Origin: an uncultured Acidobacteriota bacterium
Lineage (GTDB): Bacteria > Acidobacteriota > Thermoanaerobaculia > Multivoradales > UBA5704
Direction: 5' to 3'
Assembly: GCA_963700145.1 (NCBI GenBank)
Contig: OY969474.1
Coordinates: 2,208,001 to 2,272,000 of the forward strand
DNA length: 64,000 nt
The notes under the pieces: generated by a model
Databases searched by the model: none
The model's input: only the letters and a program-made list of their open reading frames with translations
Told to the model about the DNA's origin: nothing
Program-made: the position numbers and the translations under genes
Shown: piece by piece, positions 32,560 through 45,487 of the stretch
Position numbering within the stretch: the first letter of the stretch is position 1
Layout: the number at the start of each line of letters is the position of its first letter

Positions 32560-33740
32560 CCCAGGAGGCGCAGCAGCTCGCGCTGCGGCTCGCCGCCGGT
32601 GATCTCCGCGGCCGCCGGCGTCAGCGCGACGTTGATCTCGCTGCGCACGCCGAAGTCGCCGGTCAGGTAGACGCCGGGCTCGATCGAGAAGCCGGTCATC
32701 GGCAGGAGCTGGCGGGTGTCGTGGGTCTCGAGGTTGTCCATGTTGGCGCCCTGGCCGTGGTCGGAGGTGCCGATCGAGTGGCCGGTGCGGTGGATGAAGC
32801 GCTCGCCGTACCCCGCGGCGCGGATCGTCTCGCGCGCCGCGTCGTCCACCTCGAAGCCGCGCACGGTCTCACGCGGATATCGGTCCCGTACCAGTTCCCA
32901 GGCGGCATCGCGCGCCGCGGCGACGACGGCGAAGACCTCCGCCTGCCGCGCGGTCGGCGCCCCGGAGCAGACACCGCACCAGGTGATGTCGGCGTAGACG
33001 CTGGCCGGCCGCTTCTCCTTGGCCCACAGGTCGATGAGCAGGAAGTCCCCTTCGCGGATCGGGTCGGACCCCTCCGGCCCCGGCTGGTAGTGCGGGTCGG
33101 CGCTGTGCGCGTTGACGGCGACGATCGGATCGGCCTCGCTCCACAGGCCGGCGCGCTCGAAGGCCTCGACGATGAAGCGCTGGAGGGTGTACTCGTCGAG
33201 CAGGTCGCGGCGGCGCAGCGCGGCGCCGGCGCGGTCGAAGGCCGCGAGCACGATGCGGTGGAGCTCCGTGCAGGCGCGGCGGTGGCCGGCGAGCTGCTCC
33301 TCGCTCCAGGTGGCGGCGAAGCGCTGCACCAGGTCGGCCGCGGAGAGCAGCTCGGCGCCCGCTTCGCGCAACAGCTCGGCGGTGCCGGCGTCGAGGCGCG
33401 ACACCGAGGGGAGCTGGTTTCCCGGGCTGTACTGCGCGGCCAGCCGCCGGCGGCCGGCGACCAGCGCCGCGACCGCCGCGCGGTGCTCCTGCCAGGTCAA
33501 GTACGAGGCCTTCTCCCCGGGCAGGTGGTCGAGCATCGCCGGCTCGAGGGCGTGGACCAGCTTCTTCGGTTCGCCCTGCCGCGGCACCAGGTAGTAACAG
33601 CGCCGGGTGACCAGGCGGTCGCCGAGCCCGAGCAGGTCGAGGCTCACCGGGTCGTTCTGCTGGAAACAGGCGAAGAGCCAGGCGTCGGCGCCGGCTTCTT
33701 CCAGGGCCTCTTGGATGGCGGGGATGCGGTCGGCGAGCAT
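32556..33740 (-). CDS. M24 family (Xaa-Pro) aminopeptidase
   Basis: ADPHY, LIDLW, YADITW, HRTGHSIG, SIEPGVY, GVRSE. Confidence 0.9.
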   Translation of the reverse strand: MLADRIPAIQEALEEAGADAWLFACFQQNDPVSLDLLGLGDRLVTRRCYYLVPRQGEPKKLVHALEPAMLDHLPGEKASYLTWQEHRAAVAALVAGRRRLAAQYSPGNQLPSVSRLDAGTAELLREAGAELLSAADLVQRFAATWSEEQLAGHRRACTELHRIVLAAFDRAGAALRRRDLLDEYTLQRFIVEAFERAGLWSEADPIVAVNAHSADPHYQPGPEGSDPIREGDFLLIDLWAKEKRPASVYADITWCGVCSGAPTARQAEVFAVVAAARDAAWELVRDRYPRETVRGFEVDDAARETIRAAGYGERFIHRTGHSIGTSDHGQGANMDNLETHDTRQLLPMTGFSIEPGVYLTGDFGVRSEINVALTPAAAEITGGEPQRELLRLLG

Positions 33741-33849
33741 GGGGTCGGGATCTTACCGCGCAACGACAGCTTCGCCGTGCGCGGTGTCGCGAGCCGCGCG
33801 TGCGTTCCTAGTGCGGTGATCTGCGCTTGGAAAGGTTCGAACGCTGGAT

Positions 33850-34221
33850 CTAGTAGCGGTCTCGGCCGCCCCCTTCGCCGTACCCGCCACGCCCCCCGCC
33901 GCCGCCGCCGTAGCCACCCCGCCCACCGCCCCCGCCGCCGCCGTAGCCGCCGCGGCCACCGCCCCCGCCGCCGCCGCCCTCGCGCGGACGCGCCTCGTTG
34001 ACGTTGAGCTTGCGCCCCTTGAACTCCCGGCCGTTGAGGTTCTGCATCGCGTTCTCGGCCTCGGCTTTGTCCGGCATCTCGAGGAAGCCGAAGCCCTTCG
34101 ACTCGCCGGTGGCGCGGTCCTTGATGATGGTGCAGGACGATACTTGGCCGTACTCCTCGAATGCCTGCCGCAATTCATCTTCGGAGAGACGGTACGGCAG
34201 GTTCCCAACGTACAGATTCAT
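33850..34221 (-). CDS. RRM RNA-binding protein with Gly-rich tail
   Basis: MNLYVGNL (RNP2), KGFGFLEM (RNP1), VNEARPR, GGRGGY repeats. Confidence 0.95.
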   Translation of the reverse strand: MNLYVGNLPYRLSEDELRQAFEEYGQVSSCTIIKDRATGESKGFGFLEMPDKAEAENAMQNLNGREFKGRKLNVNEARPREGGGGGGGGRGGYGGGGGGGRGGYGGGGGGRGGYGEGGGRDRY

Positions 34222-34372
34222 GTGCCTTTCTCCTTGGTCATAGTCCTGGTCTGGGTTGCGCCGAATCAACTGCAAAACCGCTGCCCGCTTGGGCGGAGGT
34301 CCGCGGGCGGGCTCGGAGATTGCTAGGCCACCGGGCAGGCGGGCGGTCCAGCCCGAGCGAGGAGGGGCAGCG

Positions 34373-35215
34373 ATGATTCCAACAGGATCGCGACCGGCGG
34401 GACGGCGCTTCGGCGGGGGGCGGCTGATCATCGCCGCGATCGTCGCCATCGTCTCCATCATTACCTATTACAGCCAGCGTTCGTCCAACCCGGTGACCGG
34501 CGAGGTGCAGCACGTGGACCTCTCGCCCCAGCAGGAGGTGGCGCTCGGCCTCCAGGCGGCGCCCGAGATGGCGCAGCAGCACGGCGGCCTCCACCCCGAC
34601 GCCGAGGCGCAAGCCGTGGTGGACCGCGTCGGGCGGCGGATCGTCGAGCGCAGCGCGGCGCGCGACTCCCCCTACCAGTACGAGTTCCACGTCCTCGCCG
34701 ACGAGGACATGATCAACGCCTTCGCGCTGCCCGGCGGGCAGGTCTTCATCACCGCCGGGCTGCTCAAGCGGATGCAGACCGAGGGGCAGCTCGCCGGCGT
34801 CCTCGGGCACGAGATCGGGCACGTCGTGGCCCGCCACGGCGCCGAGCACCTGGCCAAGGCGCGCCTGACTCAAGGCCTGACTGGCGCCGCGGTGCTCGCC
34901 ACCTACGACCCCGACAACCCCGCGAGCCGCAACAGCGCGGCGGTGGCGGCCCTCATCGGCAACCTCGTCAACATGCGCTTCGGGCGCAACGACGAGCTGG
35001 AGTCCGACAAGCTCGGGGTGCGCTTCACCGCCGAGGCCGACTACGACCCGCGCGCCATGCTCGAGGTGATGCGGGTCCTCGCCGAGTCGGCGAGCGGCCC
35101 GCGCCCGCCGGAGTTCTTCAGCACCCACCCCAACCCGGAGCGGCGGGTGGAGCGCATCCAGGCGGCCATCGCCGAGGTCTTCCCCAACGGCGTGCCGGAG
35201 GAGCTGGAGGACTAG
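34373..35215 (+). CDS. M48 family metalloprotease
   Basis: GGAGG RBS; INAFALPGG, GHEIGHV, ELESD, FFSTHP. Confidence 0.92.
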   Translation: MIPTGSRPAGRRFGGGRLIIAAIVAIVSIITYYSQRSSNPVTGEVQHVDLSPQQEVALGLQAAPEMAQQHGGLHPDAEAQAVVDRVGRRIVERSAARDSPYQYEFHVLADEDMINAFALPGGQVFITAGLLKRMQTEGQLAGVLGHEIGHVVARHGAEHLAKARLTQGLTGAAVLATYDPDNPASRNSAAVAALIGNLVNMRFGRNDELESDKLGVRFTAEADYDPRAMLEVMRVLAESASGPRPPEFFSTHPNPERRVERIQAAIAEVFPNGVPEELED

Positions 35216-35251
35216 CGCCGGCGCGCTGCGGCCAGGTGCTACCCTGGCGCC

Positions 35252-36691
35252 GTGCGCGGCCGCGGCGCCTCTCTCCTCCTCGCCCATCTCCTCGTCGCCG
35301 CCGCCCTCGGCGCGGCGTGCCGCGCGCGCGACGCGGCCGGCGGTCCGGCGCTCGCCCTCACCCACGTGACGCTGGTCGACGTCGAGGCCGGCACGCTCCT
35401 GCCGGAGCGCACCGTCGTCGTCGAAGGCGACCGCCTCCTCGCCGCCGGCCCCGGCCGCTCGACCGCCGTGCCCGCCGGCGCGCGCGTCGTCGACGGCCGC
35501 GGGCGCTACCTGGTCCCCGGCCTCTGGGACCACCACGTCCACATCAGCGCCCCGGACCGCGTCCTGCCCCTCTTCCTCGCCCACGGCGTCACCGGCGTCC
35601 GCGACATGGGCAACGCGCCGCTCGTCTTCCGCTGGCGCGAGGAGGTCGATCGGGGGCGGCGCCTCGGGCCGCGGATCGTGGCCTGCGGGCCGATCGTCGA
35701 CGGGCCGCAGCCGTCGGCCGCGGCCTACACCTTCGTGGTGGCGAGCCCGGAGGACGGGCGGCGGGCGGTCGTGCGGCTCGCCCGGCTCGGCGCCGACTGC
35801 GTCAAGGTCTACGACGAGGTGCCGCGCGCGGCCTACCACGCGGTGGCCGAGGAGGCGCGGCGGCGCGGGCTGCCGCTCGTCGGCCACGTCCCCAACGCCG
35901 TGACGCTCGAGGAGGCCGCCGCCGCCGGGCAGGCCACGAACGAGCACCTGGGCGGGCTCCTCGAGGCCGGCTCGCGCGAGGCGGGGGCGCTGCGGCGCGC
36001 GCTGCTCCACGCGCCGCCGCCGGCGCGGTGGGAGGACATCCCCGACCGCATCGCCGCGCGCGGCGAGCGCGCCCTCGCCACCTGGGACGCCGCGACCGCG
36101 GCGCGCCTCTTCCGCGCTCTAAGGTCCGGCGGCCTGGCGCAGGTGCCGACCCTGGTCACCAAGCGCGTGCAGTCGCGCATCGACGAGATCGCCGCCGCGC
36201 CCGATCCGCGCCTCCGTTGGGTCTCCCAATACGATCAATCCTGGTGGCGGCCGGCGCGCAACTACCTCTTCCGCTTCCGCACGCCCGCCTACCTGGCCTA
36301 TCGCCACCGCGCCTACGCCCGCGAGCTGGCGCTGGTCGGCGAGCTGCACCGCGCCGGCGTCCGGGTCCTCGCCGGCACCGACCTCGGCACCCCTTGGATC
36401 TACCCCGGGGCGAGCCTCCACGACGAGCTGGAGCTGCTGGTCGAGGCGGGGCTGCCGCCGCGGGCGGCGCTGGCCGCGGCGACGACGCCGCCGGCAGGGA
36501 TCGAGGTGCCGTCCGGCGACTGGGTCCTCCTCGCCGCCGATCCGCTGGCCGACATCCGCAACGTGCGGCAGATCGAAGGGGTGGTGGTGCGCGGGCGGTG
36601 GCTGGACCGGGCGGCGCTCGACCGCCTGCTGGCGGCCGCCGCTCAGACGGTGACGAGCGGCATCGCCGAGCCCGCGGGGCGGGAGCGGTAG
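35252..36691 (+). CDS. Amidohydrolase family protein
   Basis: PGLWDHHVH, GVTGVRDMG, LAGTD, ADPLADIRN. Confidence 0.88.
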   Translation: MRGRGASLLLAHLLVAAALGAACRARDAAGGPALALTHVTLVDVEAGTLLPERTVVVEGDRLLAAGPGRSTAVPAGARVVDGRGRYLVPGLWDHHVHISAPDRVLPLFLAHGVTGVRDMGNAPLVFRWREEVDRGRRLGPRIVACGPIVDGPQPSAAAYTFVVASPEDGRRAVVRLARLGADCVKVYDEVPRAAYHAVAEEARRRGLPLVGHVPNAVTLEEAAAAGQATNEHLGGLLEAGSREAGALRRALLHAPPPARWEDIPDRIAARGERALATWDAATAARLFRALRSGGLAQVPTLVTKRVQSRIDEIAAAPDPRLRWVSQYDQSWWRPARNYLFRFRTPAYLAYRHRAYARELALVGELHRAGVRVLAGTDLGTPWIYPGASLHDELELLVEAGLPPRAALAAATTPPAGIEVPSGDWVLLAADPLADIRNVRQIEGVVVRGRWLDRAALDRLLAAAAQTVTSGIAEPAGRER

Positions 36692-37152
36692 CCGCCGGCG
36701 AGGAGCGGGCGGCGGAGCTGCTCCTGGCCGAAAAGGCGCTTCAGGAACTTCATCGCCTCCTCCTCGACCAGGCGCGGGGTGACCTGCTGGAGGTCGACCT
36801 GCCGCGCCAGGAGCGAGAAGCCGATCCCCTCGTGGGTGACCTTGACGACGCGCGAGGCGTGGTCGCCGAAGAAGAGGAGCGAGCGCTCGTAGTCCTCCCA
36901 GCGGTCGAGCTTGACCCGCATGCCGGCGGCGGTGAGGCGGTGGAAGATGGAAGCCGACTCCACCTTCCCCACCATGATGTCCTTGATCTCCTCGAGCACC
37001 GGCACGATGGTGGCGCGCACTACCTCGCTGAAGGCGTCGCGGAAGTCCTCGTTGAGCCGCTGCAGCCCCTCGGGGTTCTGCCGCTTCTCCTCGGAAAGCT
37101 CCTCGTGCCCTTTCAGCAGCTGCCGCAGCCGCTCGATGTTGTGCTTCTCCAT
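36643..37152 (-). CDS. Hypothetical protein
   Basis: GGAGG RBS, normal amino-acid composition; no recognised motif. Confidence 0.7.
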   Translation of the reverse strand: MEKHNIERLRQLLKGHEELSEEKRQNPEGLQRLNEDFRDAFSEVVRATIVPVLEEIKDIMVGKVESASIFHRLTAAGMRVKLDRWEDYERSLLFFGDHASRVVKVTHEGIGFSLLARQVDLQQVTPRLVEEEAMKFLKRLFGQEQLRRPLLAGGYRSRPAGSAMPLVTV

Positions 37153-37180
37153 GGCGCTCGCCTCCCCGCGCCGAGCGCTT

Positions 37181-37978
37181 TCAAGTTCTCTGCCAGAGGG
37201 TGCCTTCGAGCGCCAGGAAAGCCTCCACTACACGCGGGTCGAACTGCGCCCCGCGCTCCCGTTCGAGCTCGGCGCGGGCCGCCGCCGGCGGGCGCGGCCG
37301 GCGATACGGCCGGGCGTGAGTCATGACGTCCCAGGCGTCGGCCACCGCCACCAGGCGCCCGGCCAGGGGGATGGCCTCGCCGCACAGCCCCTGCGGGTAG
37401 CCGCCGCCGTCCCAGCGCTCGTGATGGGTCAAGGCGATGTCGGAGGCGATGCGCGCCAGGGGCGAGTGGCCGCGCGCCAGGATGTCGGCGCCGATCCGCG
37501 GGTGGCGTCGCATGATCGCCAGCTCGCGCGCGGTCAGCCGCCCGGGCTTGCGCAGGATGGCGTCCGGGATCCCCACCTTGCCGACGTCGTGGAGGACGGC
37601 GGCGCGCCCGATGAGCTCCGCTTCCGGCGCCGCGATCCCGAGCGCGGCGGCGAGGCGGGCGGCGAGCCGCCCCACCCGGCGGTTGTGCTCGCCCACGCCG
37701 TCGTCCCGCAACTGGGTGACCAGCGCGAGCTGCTCCAGCACCTCCAGGCGGGCCGCCTCGAGCTGGCGCGTGCGCCGCTCCACCCGGCGCTCGAGCAGCC
37801 GGTTGAGGCGCGCCAGCCGGCGCATGTCGTCACAGAGCGCGAGGACGCCTTCGACATCCTGCGGTGACGCCGGCGGCTCGCCGCCGGCCCGTTCCAGCGC
37901 CTCGAAGAGCAGCACCCGCTCGTCGCCGCCGCGCCCCTCCCCACCCGTCAACACCTCTAGGAGCTCTGCCTGGTTCAA
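37181..37978 (-). CDS. HD-GYP domain phosphodiesterase
   Basis: HDVGKVG, HHERWDGGGYP, AVADAWD, QFDP; start uncertain. Confidence 0.85.
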   Translation of the reverse strand: MNQAELLEVLTGGEGRGGDERVLLFEALERAGGEPPASPQDVEGVLALCDDMRRLARLNRLLERRVERRTRQLEAARLEVLEQLALVTQLRDDGVGEHNRRVGRLAARLAAALGIAAPEAELIGRAAVLHDVGKVGIPDAILRKPGRLTARELAIMRRHPRIGADILARGHSPLARIASDIALTHHERWDGGGYPQGLCGEAIPLAGRLVAVADAWDVMTHARPYRRPRPPAAARAELERERGAQFDPRVVEAFLALEGTLWQRT

Positions 37979-38086
37979 TCTTTTTCACCCGTGTCCCTCC
38001 ACGAGTGACGACATGTCTAAAAGAATGCAGGAAGGGCGCGGACACTCAAGATCCGTGCCATCCCCCAGCGGGTAGACTCGCGCCCG

Positions 38087-41308
<3,222 letters not shown>

Positions 41309-41319
41309 TCGAGAGACCC

Positions 41320-41793
41320 CTACCAGAAGGCGATCACCGCAACCAGGACGTGGGCGACGACGCCCGCGAGAACGGCGAGCGCGAAGGTCGAGGGCGGCAG
41401 CGCGCGGCGGCCGGTGGCGAGGCCATAGACGCCGAGAGGCAGATACAGCAGGGTGCCGGTGATGACACCGGGAGAGTGGGAGCCTGTGGCGAGGCTGCCG
41501 AGGGCGTGCAGGACGCCATTCACCAGGACGATGCTGCTGAACGCCGTAGGGAACCAGGCGAGGGCCGGCTTCCTGAGGGCCGCCGCGGTGAGGACCGCGA
41601 AGAGCGGCCAGACGACGCCGTTGAGGAGCAGGAAGCGGAAAGGGCTGACCTCCCTGCCGTAGGCGCGGGCCATCCAGGAGCCGAACCCCTCGCCGCCCCA
41701 CCACTCCTCGGCGAGATGGAGCAGGTAGGCGCAGGGCAGCAGCAGCGGCCACCACTCGCGAACGCGGCGACGCAGTGTGGTCTCTGAAGGCAT
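41320..41793 (-). CDS. HXXEE domain membrane protein
   Basis: HLAEE, NGVLH, SPGVITG; hydrophobic. Confidence 0.82.
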   Translation of the reverse strand: MPSETTLRRRVREWWPLLLPCAYLLHLAEEWWGGEGFGSWMARAYGREVSPFRFLLLNGVVWPLFAVLTAAALRKPALAWFPTAFSSIVLVNGVLHALGSLATGSHSPGVITGTLLYLPLGVYGLATGRRALPPSTFALAVLAGVVAHVLVAVIAFW

Positions 41794-41927
41794 TCCGTTA
41801 GCCTCCGCCGGCACGGGTTTTGCACCGTTTTCTAAAACGCGGTTACCGCCAATTCCGAGAACACCTTCGCCTACTCTGGGCTGACCGATCGGGGTTTGCT
41901 CGTGTGACTGCGACCAGGAGAACCAAC

Positions 41928-42299
41928 ATGACTACCACCACCGTAGAGACCCACCCCAACGTCCTTTCGGCCACCGCGGTCCTCGGCGACAGCGTCGTCA
42001 ACCGCGCTGGGGAAAAATTCGGCAAGATCGAGGAGCTCATGCTCGACCTGGAGAAGGGTCGCGTCGCCTACGCCGTCCTCTCCTTCGGCGGCTTCATGGG
42101 GATGGGCGAGAAGCTGTTCGCCGTCCCGTTCGAGGCCCTCAAGCTCGACGCCAGTCGTGAGCACTTCACGCTCGACGTCGACAAGGACAAGCTGAAGAAC
42201 GCCCCCAGCTTCGACCGGAACAACCCCCCGCAGGCTTCGAACCGCACCTGGGGCACCGAGGTCTACAACTTCTACGGGTACACGCCCTACTGGCAGTAA
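41928..42299 (+). CDS. PRC-barrel domain protein
   Basis: AGGAG RBS; VAYAVLSFGGFMGMGEKLFAVP. Confidence 0.9.
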   Translation: MTTTTVETHPNVLSATAVLGDSVVNRAGEKFGKIEELMLDLEKGRVAYAVLSFGGFMGMGEKLFAVPFEALKLDASREHFTLDVDKDKLKNAPSFDRNNPPQASNRTWGTEVYNFYGYTPYWQ

Positions 42300-42327
42300 G
42301 GCCCGTACAGCATCGGGACTAGGACCG

Positions 42328-42353
42328 AGGGCGGCCGCACGGCCGCCCTTCTT
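42328..42353 (+). terminator. Hairpin/terminator between convergent genes
   Basis: AGGGCGGCC-GCAC-GGCCGCCCT then TCTT. Confidence 0.55.
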
Positions 42354-42798
42354 ACATGTAGGAACTACCAAAGGCGGCTAGAGCCTCCTGCTCGCCGAGT
42401 GTCTCAGCGCGCGCTGCAACGTCCGGCGGCACCCATTGCGGGAACGGAACCGCGTGGCTCACGTGGCGACCGGAAGGCGTGTGCTCCTGGCGCACTTGGG
42501 CCAGCTGCTCGGGCGCGAAGCGGTCGGCGAGCCGAACCAGCGCCGGCCAGAGCCGGCGATGCACCAGGGTGATCTTGCCGCCGACGAGCCGGCAGACAAG
42601 GACTTCCTCCGACTCGGTGACCGCTTCGAGGATGGCCCAGATGTGATGGCTCTGCGCGTGGGCCCACCAACTGCCCTTGATGGGCTCGCCGACGATGGCC
42701 TCGGTGAGGCGCGGCGCAGCTCCCTTGGCCGACGCGAGGACGACGCCGTGCTCGCGGATGAAGGCCAACGCCTCCTCAGCCGTTGTGCACTTGGTCAT
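42352..42798 (-). CDS. Conserved hypothetical protein
   Basis: ATGA overlap with upstream gene; GEPIKGSWWAH, LVGGKITLVHRRLWP. Confidence 0.75.
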   Translation of the reverse strand: MTKCTTAEEALAFIREHGVVLASAKGAAPRLTEAIVGEPIKGSWWAHAQSHHIWAILEAVTESEEVLVCRLVGGKITLVHRRLWPALVRLADRFAPEQLAQVRQEHTPSGRHVSHAVPFPQWVPPDVAARAETLGEQEALAAFGSSYM

Positions 42799-43757
42799 GA
42801 CGCCGCGAGCCACTGCTGCATCTGCTCGACGGTGACGTTCCCGCCGCTCAGGACCGCGCCGACGAGCTGACCCTCGAAGCGCCGGCGATGGGCCAGCAGG
42901 GCCGCCAGGCTCGCGGCGCCGGAGGGCTCGAGGACGAGGCCGAGCTCCCGGTGCGCACGCCGCATCGCCTCCACGATGGTCTCGTCCTCCACCAGGAGGA
43001 TGTCGTCCAGGAGGCCGGCGAGGTCGGCGAGCGCCTCCGGGTACGGGCTGGTCACGGCGATCCCGTCGGCGATGGTGTCCGCGCGCTCCGTCTCCTGCAG
43101 TCGCCCCGACCGCCACGACTGCTCAAAGGCCGGGGCGCCGCTGGCGCAGACGCCGATCATCCGCGTGGCCGGTTGGTGCGCCTTCACCCAGCGGGCGATC
43201 CCGGCGAGCAGCGAGCCGTCGCCCAGCGGCACCACGATCGCGTCGATAGGCTCGGGCCAGCGGAGCAGCTCGACCCCGATCGTGCCGGCGCCCTCGCCGA
43301 TGGCCGTCTCGCGGCCGTCTTCCACCAGCCGCGCGCCGATCTCGGCGGCGAAGCGCTTGGCCACCTCGTGGGCGGCGTCGAAGTCCTCGCCGGCCAGTCG
43401 CACCTCGGCACCGAGGGCGCGCATGCGCTCCACCTTCAGCGGGTTGGCGTGGAGGGAGGAGAAGATGGTGATCGGCAGCCCGCGCTTCCGCGCCGCGTAG
43501 GCCAGCCCCTGGCCGAAGTTGCCGGCCGTCGTGCAGACCAGATGGGGCCGGCCCTCCAGCGACGCGGCGAACCACTCCGCGCCGCGCCCCTTGAACGAGC
43601 GGATCGGGTTGAGCGTCTCGACCTTGACGACCAGGCGGCACCCGAGATCCTCGCTCAGCGTCTCCGCTTGGAACTGCGGCGAGTCGAGAAACACCCGGTC
43701 GATCACGCCGGCGGCCTGCGCGATCCGCTCGAGCGAGAGACGATGGGGCTCGGTCAC
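42795..43757 (-). CDS. PLP-dependent threonine/serine dehydratase family
   Basis: GTG start; KVETLNPIRSFKGRG, AGNFGQG, TIADGI, EPSGA, SGGN. Confidence 0.9.
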   Translation of the reverse strand: MTEPHRLSLERIAQAAGVIDRVFLDSPQFQAETLSEDLGCRLVVKVETLNPIRSFKGRGAEWFAASLEGRPHLVCTTAGNFGQGLAYAARKRGLPITIFSSLHANPLKVERMRALGAEVRLAGEDFDAAHEVAKRFAAEIGARLVEDGRETAIGEGAGTIGVELLRWPEPIDAIVVPLGDGSLLAGIARWVKAHQPATRMIGVCASGAPAFEQSWRSGRLQETERADTIADGIAVTSPYPEALADLAGLLDDILLVEDETIVEAMRRAHRELGLVLEPSGAASLAALLAHRRRFEGQLVGAVLSGGNVTVEQMQQWLAAS

Positions 43758-44119
43758 GCCAGGTCGACGATCGTCTTGAAGCCTCCGTAGACCATGCGCT
43801 TGGCGTCGAAGGGCATCGCGTTCGGACCCATCATCGCCGCGAGCCGCGGGTCCTTCATCACCTTGGCGTTGACCCGGTCGCGGTGGGCGCGCGACTTGAA
43901 GACGATCCACGAGAACACGGCCGTCTCGCCGCGCTTGAGCTTCAGCAGGCGCGTGAACGACACTCCGAACTTCGTCTGGAGGTCGTCGCCGGCGCACTCC
44001 CGGTACTCCAGCGCACCGTGCTCCCGCCAGACCTTGCCGGCCTTGAGCGACATGCGGCGGTAGGCATCGAGGTTCTTCTTCGGGACAGGCACGACGTAGC
44101 CATCGGCATAATGGGGCAT
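43754..44119 (-). CDS. DUF1428 family protein
   Basis: VPVPKKN..AY, VFSWI, MPFDAKRMVYGGF. Confidence 0.92.
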   Translation of the reverse strand: MPHYADGYVVPVPKKNLDAYRRMSLKAGKVWREHGALEYRECAGDDLQTKFGVSFTRLLKLKRGETAVFSWIVFKSRAHRDRVNAKVMKDPRLAAMMGPNAMPFDAKRMVYGGFKTIVDLA

Positions 44120-44152
44120 GCGAGGTCTCCTCGGTTGCGTTCGTTGAGATTC

Positions 44153-44398
44153 CTACTCGGGGACCTTCTCCAAAGGAATGCCTCGGCCGGCGCGAATGCT
44201 CTGGCGAGCCGCTTCGATCCGCGCCAGGAAACGCGGGTCGGACTGCAGGCGATACTCGAACCAGTCGTCCTCGGACTTGAAGCCGACGAGGACACCGGCG
44301 GGCTTGCCGTGGCGCGTGATGACGATCTCTTCCCCCTCGGCCAAGCGCAAGTAGCGGGAGAGGTCGCCCTTGACGTCGGACAGCGCAACTTTCTTCAT
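44153..44398 (-). CDS. Phd/YefM family antitoxin (no adjacent toxin)
   Basis: MKKVALSDVKGDLSRYL...IVITRHGKPAGVL. Confidence 0.88.
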   Translation of the reverse strand: MKKVALSDVKGDLSRYLRLAEGEEIVITRHGKPAGVLVGFKSEDDWFEYRLQSDPRFLARIEAARQSIRAGRGIPLEKVPE

Positions 44399-44591
44399 TC
44401 TGATTCTCCCAGCTCCGCGAGCCAAACTGACGCTTGCGACTTGGGCACGGTAGGCGGCAAATCCAAGCCGTTTGACCGGCGAAGCTGCCTGCTCGGCCGG
44501 CGGACCGCTCAGGCAAACCCGCGAGAGAGCGGTTTCCCGGGCGGACCCCGCTGGCCGGCGGGCGGATGGACGGCATTTTCGCCGAAATGGA

Positions 44592-44784
44592 GCAGGTACG
44601 CGGACGATTGGGCTGGGTACGCCGCGGACCTGGCCCATTCGTCGGAGTATGGAGCCCATCGTCCGCGTACCCAGCCTAATCGCCGCCATACCCGGGCCAA
44701 TCGCCAGCGTATCCTGCCCAATCGCCGCCGTACCCAGCCCATTCGTCCGCGTACCCTGCCCAATCGCCGCCGTACCTGTCCCAT
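44592..44784. repeat. 21-bp tandem repeat (~7 units, 44634-44784) with an inverted copy at 44592-44621
   Basis: Consensus CCCAATCGYCGCCGTACCCAG; GCAGGTACGCGGACGATTGGGCTGGGTACG is its reverse complement. Confidence 0.85.
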
Positions 44785-44787
44785 CCA

Positions 44788-45423
44788 CTACCAGGCGACT
44801 CCCGGGCTCCGCCGCAGATACGCGTCGCTCGTCACCTGGTCGAGCATGAAGGCCGCGACGTCGGCGCGTGCGATCCGCACCGTCCAGAGCCAGTTGCCGA
44901 CCTTCGGCCCGTGCTTGTACTTCCCGCGCGCCGGGCGGTTCCTGAGCACGCCGGGGCGCACGATGACCCAGTCGAGGGCGCTGCCGCGGATCACGCGCTC
45001 CTGGCGGACCTTGTCGTAGAAGTAGAAGGGCAGGATGAAGACCCCGATGAAGAGCGTGTAGTAGAGGCCCATCCGCCCGAAGCTGTCGCCGACGCCGAGC
45101 GCGGTCTCGCAGACCAGCCGGCGCACCCCTTCCCGCTCCATCGCGCGGACCAGGTTGCGGGTCCCCTCGGAAAGGATGCGCGTCGGATAGAACCACCGCT
45201 TGTGCCCGAGGGCGGAGAGGACGGCGTCCTGCCCGCGCACGGCGGCCTCGACCGACGCCGGGTCCAGCACGTCGCCGCGCGTAACGGTCAGGCGCTCGTG
45301 CTGGACGTCGAGCTTGGCGGGCCGCCGCGCGAAGGCCGTCACCTCATGTCCCCGCTCCAGCGCCTGGCGCACCAGCTCGCGGCCCGTCCCGCCGGTCGCC
45401 CCGACGATCAGAAGCTTCGCCAT
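44788..45423 (-). CDS. NAD(P)-binding oxidoreductase (flavin reductase/BVR-B-like SDR)
   Basis: IVGATGGTG, GDVLD, DWVIVRP, IARADVA. Confidence 0.9.
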   Translation of the reverse strand: MAKLLIVGATGGTGRELVRQALERGHEVTAFARRPAKLDVQHERLTVTRGDVLDPASVEAAVRGQDAVLSALGHKRWFYPTRILSEGTRNLVRAMEREGVRRLVCETALGVGDSFGRMGLYYTLFIGVFILPFYFYDKVRQERVIRGSALDWVIVRPGVLRNRPARGKYKHGPKVGNWLWTVRIARADVAAFMLDQVTSDAYLRRSPGVAW

Positions 45424-45487
45424 TGAGAATGCCCTCGCAGCTCGTAGATTAGCCCGTTGATAGAGTCCGCGCGCGGATTTCCCCCTC

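Noticed and set aside
33870-33980. GCC-rich simple repeat
   Set aside because: It encodes the ordinary Gly-rich tail of the RRM protein.
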